NCBI GenBank assembly: GCA_046046235.1
Contig: JBJOKF010000178.1
Location: 1-51,654 of the forward strand
Direction: 5' to 3'
DNA from: Planctomycetota bacterium
GTDB taxonomy: Bacteria > Planctomycetota > Planctomycetia > Pirellulales > UBA1268
Length of the DNA: 51,654 nt
Below are positions 29,701 to 37,314 of this stretch, one piece after another. Position numbers and translations under genes: made by a program. Every line of letters begins with the position of its first letter. Position 1 is the stretch's first letter. Below the pieces are notes generated by a model that made no database searches, was not told where the DNA came from, and worked only from the letters and a program-made list of their open reading frames with translations.

Positions 29701-30926
29701 TCGTCGCGCTGTCGCGTGAGCGTCTGGACCCGCTCGTCGCGGGCCGCCGCGAGCTCCTGGAGTCGGGCGGGATACTTCTCCGCCGCCGCTTGGAGAACGG
29801 CCTCCCGCCGCTTCATGATCTTCGCCACCGCCTCGGCATACTTCGACGCGACTTCGGCGAGCTGTTGGTCCCGCTTCGTGGCCGCCGCGGCCACCTCGGC
29901 CACGGCCTTGTCGCTCCGTTGCCGCGACTCCTCGGCGAAGGCGGCGTCGAGCGCCTCGAGTTGCGTATCGTGCCGCTGCTTGATGAACTCCGTGCCGGCC
30001 GCGATGCACTGCCGCGTCTGCACGATCGTCGCCTCGAGTTCGCTGCGGAGCGCCCTGGCCTGCTCGCGAGCGGCCTTCCGCATCCGGCCGATCTGCCAGA
30101 AGCCGGCTCCCGCGCCGATGCCCGCCAGGCCCACGAACGCGGCGCCTGCGGCCGCGATCCGCGTGGAGGCCTCGCCCGGCACGAGCATGAATGCCGCGGC
30201 GCCGGCGACGGCTCCGAGGACCACGGGCAGGAGACCCGCGGCGGCCGCCGTGCCCTTCGAGAAGGCGAGGGCCGCCGTCTTGAGCCCCACGAGAGACGTC
30301 GACCGTTCGGTGACCGCCGCCCGCAGGGCCTCGAGCCGGGCCAATGCCTCGGCGGGGGCCACGGGCTCGGCCGGCGTGTCGGCTTCGGCCGGCGTCGTGA
30401 CGGTCAGGCCCCAGGCGGCGACCGCCTTGAAGGTGCGTCCGTCGGCCTCATCGAGCTGGCCGGCGGCGGCGGCCAGGTCCTTCTCCGCCTTACGGAGAAG
30501 CTTCGTCGGCGCCTTGCGCCGCTCCTTGAAGACTTCCTTGGCCGAGCCGGCCTCGAAGCGGGCCTCCTCCTGAATGTCATGGGTCTGCTTTTCGCAGGTG
30601 CGCTGGATCTTCGCAGTGAACCCCTGCCGTTGCGTGTCGAGCTTCGCCGTCTCGGCCTTCGCGTCGGCCTCGGCCTTGGCGATCACGGCCTTCTGCTCGC
30701 GCTGCGTCGCGGCGGTGTCACGTTCGTATTCCTGCTCGGTCGCGGCGAGCGCCGCCTCCGCCTCCGCGCGGGCGGCCGTGGTCGCGGTCTCGTGTTCCGC
30801 CGTGATCTCGTGCTCGAGCTTGTAGCGGTCCGCCGAGGCCTGCCGGAGGCGGGTCATCTGTGCCCGAAGCACGGCGGGATCGTAGGCGTTCGTCTGGCTC
30901 ACGTCGGTAATTCTCTGGGAAGACAC
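26757..30926 (-). CDS. Large FtsK/SpoIIIE-domain ATPase (EccC/EssC-like) with coiled coils and a TM hairpin
   Basis: HALIAGKTGSGKS (Walker A), YLIDFKKGVEF, LLVIDEFQ (Walker B), RQGRAFGMHVILGSQ; flanking degenerate ATPase-like domains; two TM helices inside long heptad-rich helices. Confidence 0.92.
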   Translation of the reverse strand: MSSQRITDVSQTNAYDPAVLRAQMTRLRQASADRYKLEHEITAEHETATTAARAEAEAALAATEQEYERDTAATQREQKAVIAKAEADAKAETAKLDTQRQGFTAKIQRTCEKQTHDIQEEARFEAGSAKEVFKERRKAPTKLLRKAEKDLAAAAGQLDEADGRTFKAVAAWGLTVTTPAEADTPAEPVAPAEALARLEALRAAVTERSTSLVGLKTAALAFSKGTAAAAGLLPVVLGAVAGAAAFMLVPGEASTRIAAAGAAFVGLAGIGAGAGFWQIGRMRKAAREQARALRSELEATIVQTRQCIAAGTEFIKQRHDTQLEALDAAFAEESRQRSDKAVAEVAAAATKRDQQLAEVASKYAEAVAKIMKRREAVLQAAAEKYPARLQELAAARDERVQTLTRQRDERLAAADRRRDDRWAEMTSVWKAARTETGAVYDEASRLDAEAFRPWSDLERDDVPLPGVAPPGLRFGGLALSLEKVPGGLSARPELNAFGPTAWRQPATLPFPVAASVLVKTSADQKETSSEMMQGLMLRIASGVPAGQARFTIIDALGLGKQFAGFMHLADYDELLVTSRIWTEPPQIEQCLADITEQIELVIQKYLRNEYESIGAYNAAAEVPEPYRFVVVANFPANFTETSARRLASIAASGARCGVYTIVSVDASQTLPANFSLGDLEKHATVLTLKDGVFTWSDPEFGKWPLTVEQPPSDEVFTRIIQRVGKAAKAAKRVEVPFDRVAPKEEEWWTGSTAGEVLAPLGPAGAKKLQYFRLGKGTSQHALIAGKTGSGKSTLMHALITSLALNYSPHEIQFYLIDFKKGVEFKLYDHYKLPHARVIAIESEREFGLSVLEQLDRELKRRGDLFREHAVQDVAGFRAAGTGEPMPRILLVIDEFQEIFVEDDKIAQDASLILDRLVRQGRAFGMHVILGSQTLGGSYSLPRATMGQMAVRVALQCNEADSSLILSEENTAARLLTRPGEAIYNDANGMVAGNSPFQVVFLNEERRERYLGALRQLADRRTDIPPLPRIVFDGNEAADPAGNALLSELLTSGTVSGKPLLAPLAWLGDAIAIKDPTAAIFRRQGGANLLIVGQREDLGVSLLAMALVSLAAAHDPHPGGALGRPGRFVVLEPAIAEEKPDIMLAKLAPALPHETELVGRLGVGDAMARLAAEVRRRIDEQVLDGEAVFVIIRDLGRFRELRRDENDFGYSALGGEQKATPAQNLVTLLKDGPGVGVHLLIWCDSLTNLQRTFDRGTLKEFELRVLFQMSGSDSSQLVDSPAAVKLGPQRALFIHEETGTLEKFRPYAFPAGDWLAGVSAALKARPQGTAVERPAAPRDAAAAAPKPEPAGGDFGFSFKGGFGDDDFNFAKMLDEPTAEEKPSGEGGAAG

Positions 30927-31023
30927 GTGTTGCTCGGGGCGATGAAGAAAGGACTGGAGGTCGATGCGGGGCTGAGGACCGGGAGGCTGCAGTGCGGCCC
31001 GACGCCGGCCGTCACCGAGCCGG

Positions 31024-31257
31024 TCAGAGGTCGTTCGTGTCGCTCACGTCTCGCGTCGCGCGGGCGAGCACCTCGGCCAGCCTGCCGATGGCTTCGAGCG
31101 TCTCCTTGACCTTCGGCGCGAGGGGCTCGATGTGCTCTCTGTGGAAGGCGCGGGCCGTGGCGTCGTCCCAGGTCTCGCGGGCCGCCTCCCACTTGATGTG
31201 CAGCTGCTTCAGCGCGAGCGCCAGCTTCGAGGCACCGCTCGAGAGATCGGCCCTCAT
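31024..31257 (-). CDS. Small WXG100-like protein (77 aa, central WDD)
   Basis: MRADLSSGASKL...WEAARETWDDATARAF...; helix-turn-helix with central Trp; ATGA-coupled to the upstream gene. The track ORF 31024..32331 is over-extended. Confidence 0.75.
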   Translation of the reverse strand: MRADLSSGASKLALALKQLHIKWEAARETWDDATARAFHREHIEPLAPKVKETLEAIGRLAEVLARATRDVSDTNDL

Positions 31258-31868
31258 GCGCCGCTCCCGTCTGGAACGCCTGGCGCCGGGGCACCCCCGG
31301 CGGGCGGGGAGGCCGCCGGGGTGTCCGCGTCGGCGGGCCGGGCCATCGAGGTTTCGGAGCCGCCACCCGCGGCGGAGGCCGGCGTTGCCGTATGGGTGTA
31401 GTGATCGAGCGCCTGCAGCATCCGTTCGAGCCTGGCCAGTGCCCGCGGACAATCGATGTCGATCACTTCGCGAAACCGGGTGAGCCGCACGCCCGTCTCC
31501 TGCATCTGTTGCCGCACCACCGGCGTCCACCGGCGCACGGCCTCCGCCTTGGCCTCCGCGCGGGCGAGCTTCTGCTTGGCACGCTCGAGCGCCTTCTTCT
31601 CCTCCATGCAAGGCGGCTCGTTGTTGCCGACCTTCTTGTAGGTGCGGCAGTTCTGCAGGTCCTTCATCGCCTGGTTGACGCCCTCGGCGGCACGGCGGAC
31701 CTCGACCTTCCAGTAGGCGGCCTGGTCGACGCAGATCCAGTCGACCACCCGCTGCGCCTGCATCTCCACCTCGCCTACGCCCTGGCCGGACTCGTGGCCG
31801 AACGAGGCGAGGGCCGCCTTGACGAAGGCGATGGTGTCGATCGACTTGACGTCCGCCTGGGTTGACAT
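31254..31868 (-). CDS. Helical coiled-coil protein, elongated WXG100-like partner
   Basis: All-alpha heptad pattern; N- and C-terminal helices echo the adjacent WXG100 protein; low-complexity Ala/Gly/Pro tail. Confidence 0.75.
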   Translation of the reverse strand: MSTQADVKSIDTIAFVKAALASFGHESGQGVGEVEMQAQRVVDWICVDQAAYWKVEVRRAAEGVNQAMKDLQNCRTYKKVGNNEPPCMEEKKALERAKQKLARAEAKAEAVRRWTPVVRQQMQETGVRLTRFREVIDIDCPRALARLERMLQALDHYTHTATPASAAGGGSETSMARPADADTPAASPPAGGAPAPGVPDGSGA

Positions 31869-31904
31869 GCTTGCGCCCGCTCCGCTGCCGCTCGTCCGCG
31901 ATCG

Positions 31905-32177
31905 CTATTTCTGCTGCTGGTATTCCTCGACCCGTTCCGCCTTGCGGATGAGATACGGGACATAGTCCTCGGTCGCCTCGACGAACCGGGCGAAGGTGCC
32001 GAGTTGCTGCTCGAACTGCTCCGTGAACTTCTGCTGCTCCTGGTCCCGCCAGGTGGCGCTCAGCGCGGCCAACTGCCGCTGCACGCCCTGCATCTGGGCG
32101 AGCACCTCGGTGCTGAACACCCGCAGGCGGGCGGCGAACCGGCGCAATTCCTGCGGATCGACGATGACCTGACCCAT
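31905..32177 (-). CDS. WXG100-family (type VII secretion target-like) protein, 90 aa, WRD variant
   Basis: MGQVIVDPQELRRFAARL...LSATWRDQEQQKF..QF matches the 'I.V.P.EL...A' start and central W of ESAT-6/WXG100 proteins. Confidence 0.88.
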   Translation of the reverse strand: MGQVIVDPQELRRFAARLRVFSTEVLAQMQGVQRQLAALSATWRDQEQQKFTEQFEQQLGTFARFVEATEDYVPYLIRKAERVEEYQQQK

Positions 32178-32265
32178 GATCTCGGCCCTGTTTCTGGAGG
32201 GAGACGAGCGGGGGCGGCGCGAACCGCCCGACGACGGCTGGAAGACGACCGCCCTCCACATCCGT

Positions 32266-32345
32266 ATGGTATCGGCCCCGATCGGAAAACGCATCGTCGG
32301 CGGCGGGGCCGGCCGCTGTCCGGCCGGTCATGCGTCTCTTACACT
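32266..32345. promoter_or_regulatory. Candidate divergent -10 elements for the WXG operon (-) and chdC (+)
   Basis: TACCAT on the minus strand (32266-32271) and TACACT on the plus strand (32340-32345) in the divergent gap; no clear -35 elements. Confidence 0.3.
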
Positions 32346-32418
32346 GCCGGCGTGTGGTTTCCGAGCCGCCGGAATCGCCCGCTCACACGTCCCGAACTTT
32401 CCCCGGAGCCCGTGCCCC

Positions 32419-33321
32419 ATGCAGCCGAGCCAGCCCCCCGTCCCCGCCGCACCGAGCGGCCGTCCAGTCGCGGCCCACGCTGGGCAGCAGCCCGGGCCGC
32501 ATGGCAGCCCCGAGGTTTCGATCTCCCCGGCGACGGGCTGGCACGTCAGCCATCTCTTTTATCGCTTCGATCGCGGCGCGCTCGAGTCTCTGTCAGAGGC
32601 GCGCAAGGCCGAGGGACTCGTGGCTTTCGCGGCGGCTCTCGACCCCGCCGTGGCCGGCGGGCCGATTCGGCTGCAGACCTGGATCGTGCCGGGCCAGAAG
32701 GCCGACTTCGGCGTCATGGCGCTGGACCCGGACCCGCTCAAGGTCGACGCCGTTCACCAGCGGCTCCTGTCCGGGCCGCTCGGGCCGGCGCTCGTACCGA
32801 CGTATTCCTTCATCGGTTTGACTGAAGTGAGCGAGTACGTGCCAAGCGTCGAGCAGTACGGCGATCGTCTCGTCGAGGAGGGGGAGACCCGCGACAGCCC
32901 CACCTGGAAGGCGAAGGTGCAGGGCTATGCCGCCCGCGAGGACCACATGCGCCGGGCCCGGCTCGAGCCGGAGATGCCCCCCTGGCCCAACGTCTGCTTC
33001 TATCCGATGAACAAGAAGCGGAAGGTCGGTGAGAACTGGTTCACGCTTCCCTTCGCCGAGCGGAGCCGCCTGATGGCCGAGCATGGGCGGTCGGGCATGG
33101 CCTTTGGCGGACGGGTGACGCAGTTGATCACGGTGAGCGTCGGGCTCGACGACTGGGAGTGGGGCGTGACGCTCTGGGCGCGGCGGCCGGAGTTCTTGAA
33201 AGAGATCGTCTACACGATGCGATTCGACGAGGCCAGCGCCCGCTACGCGGAGTTCGGGCCGTTCTACACGGGCTACGTGGCCACGCCGGCCGAGATCCTG
33301 GCGCACTGCCGGGTGGGCTGA
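32419..33321 (+). CDS. chdC: Coproheme decarboxylase (HemQ/ChdC, chlorite dismutase superfamily)
   Basis: FYPMNK (catalytic Tyr), NW..L...ER..LM.EHG..G, GLDDWEWGV, MRFDEASARY.EFG.FY.G. Confidence 0.88.
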   Translation: MQPSQPPVPAAPSGRPVAAHAGQQPGPHGSPEVSISPATGWHVSHLFYRFDRGALESLSEARKAEGLVAFAAALDPAVAGGPIRLQTWIVPGQKADFGVMALDPDPLKVDAVHQRLLSGPLGPALVPTYSFIGLTEVSEYVPSVEQYGDRLVEEGETRDSPTWKAKVQGYAAREDHMRRARLEPEMPPWPNVCFYPMNKKRKVGENWFTLPFAERSRLMAEHGRSGMAFGGRVTQLITVSVGLDDWEWGVTLWARRPEFLKEIVYTMRFDEASARYAEFGPFYTGYVATPAEILAHCRVG

Positions 33322-33355
33322 TCCGACCGGCGGGGCCGCGGCGAGAGCGGGAGAA

Positions 33356-34081
33356 TCAGCGGGCCGGATCGGCGGCGGCCGACAACACCATGTCGACTTT
33401 CGTGCCCGATGGCGGGACCCGCCCGGTGAAGGCCTCGAAGAGGAGCGCGTCGTTCGACTGCGAGCTTTCGATCGGGATGTCGAGCATCGCCGTGGGAAAG
33501 TTTGACACGCAGACCAGGTCGCCGCCGTCGGCCTGGTAGTGCTCGGTGCCGTCGGCGGGGTCCTTCCAGAAGGTGCTGCCAGCGAAGACCCAGTCCTCGC
33601 GCATGCGGGCGCCGGTGCGGGTGTCGCGGATCCAGTCCTGGCCGGCCGCCTCGCGGACGCTCCCGTCTTCGGCCCGCCACCGCATCCTCACGCGGACGAC
33701 CGGTCCCGATGCGGGCACGTATTCCGGCTGGAAGGAGACCGGCTTGCCCGGCACGAGGCCGACGGCCAGGAGCGCCGCATGCACGAGCCGGGCCGACGAC
33801 CGGGCGGCCACGACCGACTCATGCTCCTTCGAGCCCTTCGTGCAGGCGAAGTATTCGATGGGGCCCCTGTCGATCGCGACGGTGCAGCCGACGACCACCG
33901 CCTTGGCGACCGGGTCGATCCAGACCTCCTCGTCCGGGGCCAGACGCTTGAGGCCGGCCGGTCGCGGTGGGCCGCCGGCAGGTTCCGGCTCCGCCACCAG
34001 GACCGGCCCCGGGACGAACGCCGCGACGAGGAGGGCAGCGATGAAGAAATCGCTCGAGTGCCGGGGCAAGGACGCTGGCAT
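33356..34081 (-). CDS. Exported YdjY-domain-like protein
   Basis: Signal peptide; E..AC..GSKEHES, H.ALLA.G..PG, WVFAGS, CVSNF. Family recalled from motifs only. Confidence 0.65.
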   Translation of the reverse strand: MPASLPRHSSDFFIAALLVAAFVPGPVLVAEPEPAGGPPRPAGLKRLAPDEEVWIDPVAKAVVVGCTVAIDRGPIEYFACTKGSKEHESVVAARSSARLVHAALLAVGLVPGKPVSFQPEYVPASGPVVRVRMRWRAEDGSVREAAGQDWIRDTRTGARMREDWVFAGSTFWKDPADGTEHYQADGGDLVCVSNFPTAMLDIPIESSQSNDALLFEAFTGRVPPSGTKVDMVLSAAADPAR

Positions 34082-34218
34082 CGGGAGAAATCGCGGGTGC
34101 GAGAGCGGGAAGGCGGGTCGTGGTGGGTGACGAATCCCTGGGGTACCATAACCGACCCTTACGGCAGGGGCGAATCCCCGTCGGCTCGATGCGATCCTCC
34201 GGCACGGACAGTTGATTC

Positions 34219-36048
34219 ATGGTGACGACCAATACCGAGACGAAGCGGCAGGGAAAGTCCTCCGGGGGCAAGCGGAAGAAGAAGCGGGGTGAACGGGAGG
34301 CTGTGGATCTGCAGCCGGCCGACGCCGGCGTCGCGACTTCCGCGAGCAGGCCCGGTGCCGAGGCGCCGCGGCGGTCGCTTGCGGTCGGTGGCCGCGCTGC
34401 CATCGGTCGAGTTCGCGGCCTCGCCGAAGAGAGTGAGTCGCTCGACGTGCGCCGACAGCTTCGCGGGCTCGCGCGACAGATCGAGCGGGGCCGCGGCAAC
34501 GCCACGCAGATGGGCCTGACCGAGGCCGCGATCGGCGGCTGCCTCGACGAGGCGGAGACGGTGGCGCCGCGGGAAAGGTGGCTGCTCTGCGAGGCGGCCG
34601 CCTGGGGATTGGCCTGGCTCGCGGGGGCGAAGCGGGCCGGCGGCTCGGCTGGCGGGTTGCTCGAGCGGCTCGTGCGTGCTGCGCGGGCGGCGCAGGGGCC
34701 GTTGGCATCCGGCGAGACGCTCCCCGCCCGGTTCGCCGTGACGCTCGCCGGTCTCTTCGCCGACGTCGACATCTGCAGAAGCCTCGATCGCGATGCGCTC
34801 GCCGCCGTGCGCGGCGAGATCGCACGGCTGGTCTCCGCCGAGGGCACCGTCGGCCTCCGCGGCTCTGCGCAGACCGTGGAGCGGGTGGCGCGGTGGGCGG
34901 CGATCCGCGAGGCCGCCGCCGCGACCGGAGCGCCCGCCTGGCCGGACGAGACCGAGAAAGGCTTCGCCGCGGCCGTGGCGACGGCGGTGCGGCTCCTCGG
35001 GAACCGGGGCCGCGGCATCGTCGGTTCGGGCCGCATGCCCGCGATCTTCTCCGACCCGCTGCTCGTGGCGGCCGCGGCATCGGATCGCAAGCGCGTCCGC
35101 CGAACGGCGGAGGCGATGCAATCCAAGAAGTCTGAGACAAGAGCACGACGACGCGGCGCCGACGCGGCCGCGGAAAAGCTGCTCCCCCGCGATCTCCACG
35201 ACGCCGCCGCGGCCACGGCCATCATCCGCTCGGGATGGGGCGGTGAATCGATCCGCGTGCTGGTGCAGTATCGCGACTCGCTGCCGCACCTCGAGATCGC
35301 CGTCGGCGACCGGCTGCTCGTGGACGGTGCCTGGGGCTGGTCGGCCGCCGCCGATGGCCGCTCGCTCGAGGCCGAGGGGCCGTGGGCGGTGAACTGCTTC
35401 GAGTCGGACAAAAAGGCGACTTTTCTCGAGATCATCGCCCCCTTGTCGGACGGGCTGCAGCTCGACCGGACGATCGTGCTCCTGCCGCACGACCGGATCC
35501 TGCTGCTGGCCGACGCGATCACGAGGCGATCGGCCGATAGGTCTGCCAACCTGCCGTTCGCCCAGGAGGGCCTGCGGCTCGTGTCGATGGTGCCTTTGGC
35601 CGCGGGGCTCGAGGGAAAGCCGGCCGAGGAGACCCGCGAGCTTTTCATTCGCGACACGAAGCCGCGGGTCATGGCGCTGCCGCTGGGGTTGCCGGAGTGG
35701 CGGTCCGCCGGCGTCGGCGGCGTCGAGGCGACCGTCGACGGGCTCGTCCTCGAGCAGCGATCGGCCGGATCACGGCTCTACGCGCCGCTGTGGCTCGATT
35801 TGGATCCCGAGCGTCACGGGCGGCCGCTCACCTGGCGGCAGCTCACCGTCGCCGACACCCGGCAGAACCTGCCGCCCCATCAGGCCGTCGGCTTCCGCGT
35901 GCAGTCGGGGCTCGAGCAGTGGCTCGTCTACCGGTCGCTGGACGAGCCGCGAAACCGCACCGTGCTCGGCTGCAATCTGTCGTGTGACTTCGTGATCGGC
36001 TCGATCGGCAAGATGGGCGCCGTCGAGCGGGCGATCGAGATCGACTGA
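34219..36048 (+). CDS. Conserved hypothetical protein, heparinase II/III-like fold in the C-terminal half
   Basis: Basic N-terminus, helical region, then A.IRSGW, R.IVLL....LLLAD, WRQLTV; coding-like codon pattern. Confidence 0.6.
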   Translation: MVTTNTETKRQGKSSGGKRKKKRGEREAVDLQPADAGVATSASRPGAEAPRRSLAVGGRAAIGRVRGLAEESESLDVRRQLRGLARQIERGRGNATQMGLTEAAIGGCLDEAETVAPRERWLLCEAAAWGLAWLAGAKRAGGSAGGLLERLVRAARAAQGPLASGETLPARFAVTLAGLFADVDICRSLDRDALAAVRGEIARLVSAEGTVGLRGSAQTVERVARWAAIREAAAATGAPAWPDETEKGFAAAVATAVRLLGNRGRGIVGSGRMPAIFSDPLLVAAAASDRKRVRRTAEAMQSKKSETRARRRGADAAAEKLLPRDLHDAAAATAIIRSGWGGESIRVLVQYRDSLPHLEIAVGDRLLVDGAWGWSAAADGRSLEAEGPWAVNCFESDKKATFLEIIAPLSDGLQLDRTIVLLPHDRILLLADAITRRSADRSANLPFAQEGLRLVSMVPLAAGLEGKPAEETRELFIRDTKPRVMALPLGLPEWRSAGVGGVEATVDGLVLEQRSAGSRLYAPLWLDLDPERHGRPLTWRQLTVADTRQNLPPHQAVGFRVQSGLEQWLVYRSLDEPRNRTVLGCNLSCDFVIGSIGKMGAVERAIEID

Positions 36049-36065
36049 CTCGTCGCGAGGCGCGG

Positions 36066-36797
36066 ATGGATGAATCGGACGCGGCCTTGGACCGTTGCCG
36101 GGAGAACCTGGTCGCCGTTCGGGCCCGGATCGCCGCGGCCTGCGGCCGCGCGGGCCGGTCGGTCGCCGATGTGCGGCTCGTGGGCGTGACGAAATACGTC
36201 TCGGCCGACCTGGCGGCCCTGCTCGTGCGGGCCGGATGCCTCGATCTCGGCGAAAGCCGGCCGCAGTCTCTTGTGCAGAAGGCCACAGCGTTGTCCGCCG
36301 CGGGCGGTTCTGCGGAGTCGCCGCGCTGGCACCTGATCGGCCACCTGCAGCGAAACAAGCTTCGCCGCACGCTGCCGTGGCTTTCGCTCCTCCATTCGCT
36401 CGACAGCCAGCGGCTCCTCGAGGCTCTTCAAGCGGAGGCGGCCCTCGCGGGCCGGCACTGCGACGTGCTCGTGGAGGTGAACCTGAGCGGAGACGCGGGG
36501 CGAACCGGTCTGCCGGAGGCAAAGGTGCCCGCCATGCTCGAAGCGGCCGCTGGCCTGGAGCATGTCCGCGTCTTGGGGCTGATGGGGATGGCGTCGCAGC
36601 CCGACGCTGCCGACAGCGGCGCGGCCCGGCGGGAGTTTGCCCGGCTCCGCGAGCTTCGCGACGCGGTGCGCAGGGGACTGCCGCCGGGCTCGCTCCCCGA
36701 GCTGTCGATGGGCATGAGCGGCGACTTCGAGGCGGCGATCCTCGAAGGGGCGACGCTCGTGCGGGTCGGGTCGGCGCTCTGGGAGGGGCTCGCGTAG
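36066..36797 (+). CDS. yggS: PLP homeostasis protein
   Basis: LVGVTKY, LGESR.Q, WHLIGHLQRNK, LSMGMSGDFE.AI.EGAT.VRVGS. Confidence 0.96.
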   Translation: MDESDAALDRCRENLVAVRARIAAACGRAGRSVADVRLVGVTKYVSADLAALLVRAGCLDLGESRPQSLVQKATALSAAGGSAESPRWHLIGHLQRNKLRRTLPWLSLLHSLDSQRLLEALQAEAALAGRHCDVLVEVNLSGDAGRTGLPEAKVPAMLEAAAGLEHVRVLGLMGMASQPDAADSGAARREFARLRELRDAVRRGLPPGSLPELSMGMSGDFEAAILEGATLVRVGSALWEGLA

Positions 36798-36833
36798 CGG
36801 GCTGGTGGTCGTCGGGCGTGACGGCGCCGTCGG

Positions 36834-37130
36834 CTACACGATGATGGTGCCGTTCACGACGCCGAGCGATTGGGCGACGGCGTTGGTGGCGGCGCCGAAG
36901 TTCCAGTTGAACTTGCTGTTGAAGCTGGCGAACGACATCGAGTAGTCCTTCCCATCGGTGTCTTTGTAGAAAATGGTTCGGCTGCCCCCGTTCAGGTCGA
37001 CTTGCGCGTCGTTGGCAGAGAAGTCGCCGTTCACGAGAAGCTCCTGCATCGCGAGCATGGCCCGGGGTTCGAGTTGCTCGGCGCCGAGTGGCAACTGTGC
37101 GGCCCGCTGCTGTCGAACATGGCTCTGCAT
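36834..37130 (-). CDS. Short LEPRxLL-motif protein (98 aa), possibly a truncated extracellular protein
   Basis: EQLEPRAMLA followed by ELLVNGDFS and Asn/Ser/Gly-rich beta-type sequence, then an early TAG. Confidence 0.7.
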   Translation of the reverse strand: MQSHVRQQRAAQLPLGAEQLEPRAMLAMQELLVNGDFSANDAQVDLNGGSRTIFYKDTDGKDYSMSFASFNSKFNWNFGAATNAVAQSLGVVNGTIIV

Positions 37131-37210
37131 CTCTAAAAACCTTTCACGGGCAGGTCATGAGGCGTCGCTAGGGCGGTGCCTTTGGCGGCAACTGGCGCCA
37201 CACAAATACG

Positions 37211-37233
37211 GGCGGCGTCGCTTCCGGAAACCG
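37211..37233 (-). promoter_or_regulatory. Motif CGGTTT-N8-GACGCCGCC upstream of the LEPRxLL gene (copy 1)
   Basis: Identical 6+9 bases and spacing recur at 42501-42523, upstream of the ECF gene on the same strand. Confidence 0.4.
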
Positions 37234-37314
37234 GACGCCCTCGAAAAAACTCCCGAGTTGCGGGGGGCGGCCGCCCGGGCGGGCCGGGTAGAGGACGGCG
37301 GCGCGGCCGGCCCG

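Noticed and set aside
26757-30926. Calling the ATPase the cell-division DNA translocase FtsK
   Set aside because: No 4-TM N-domain or C-terminal gamma winged helix is seen; it has multiple ATPase-like domains and WXG100 neighbours.
27045-31109. 1354-aa plus-strand ORF
   Set aside because: Antisense shadow of the FtsK-like ATPase; high-GC codon bias keeps the opposite frame open, and it has no motifs. The same applies to most long overlapping track ORFs (e.g. 26..973, 1226..2752, 6915..8849, 36973..38814, 49689..51605).
31024-32331. 435-aa ORF spanning the WXG genes
   Set aside because: Only the last 77 codons (from ATG 31257) look coding; the rest overlaps two better genes in other frames.
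32419-33321. Chlorite dismutase
   Set aside because: The YPMNK motif and overall pattern fit ChdC/HemQ; no signal peptide or chlorate-respiration context.
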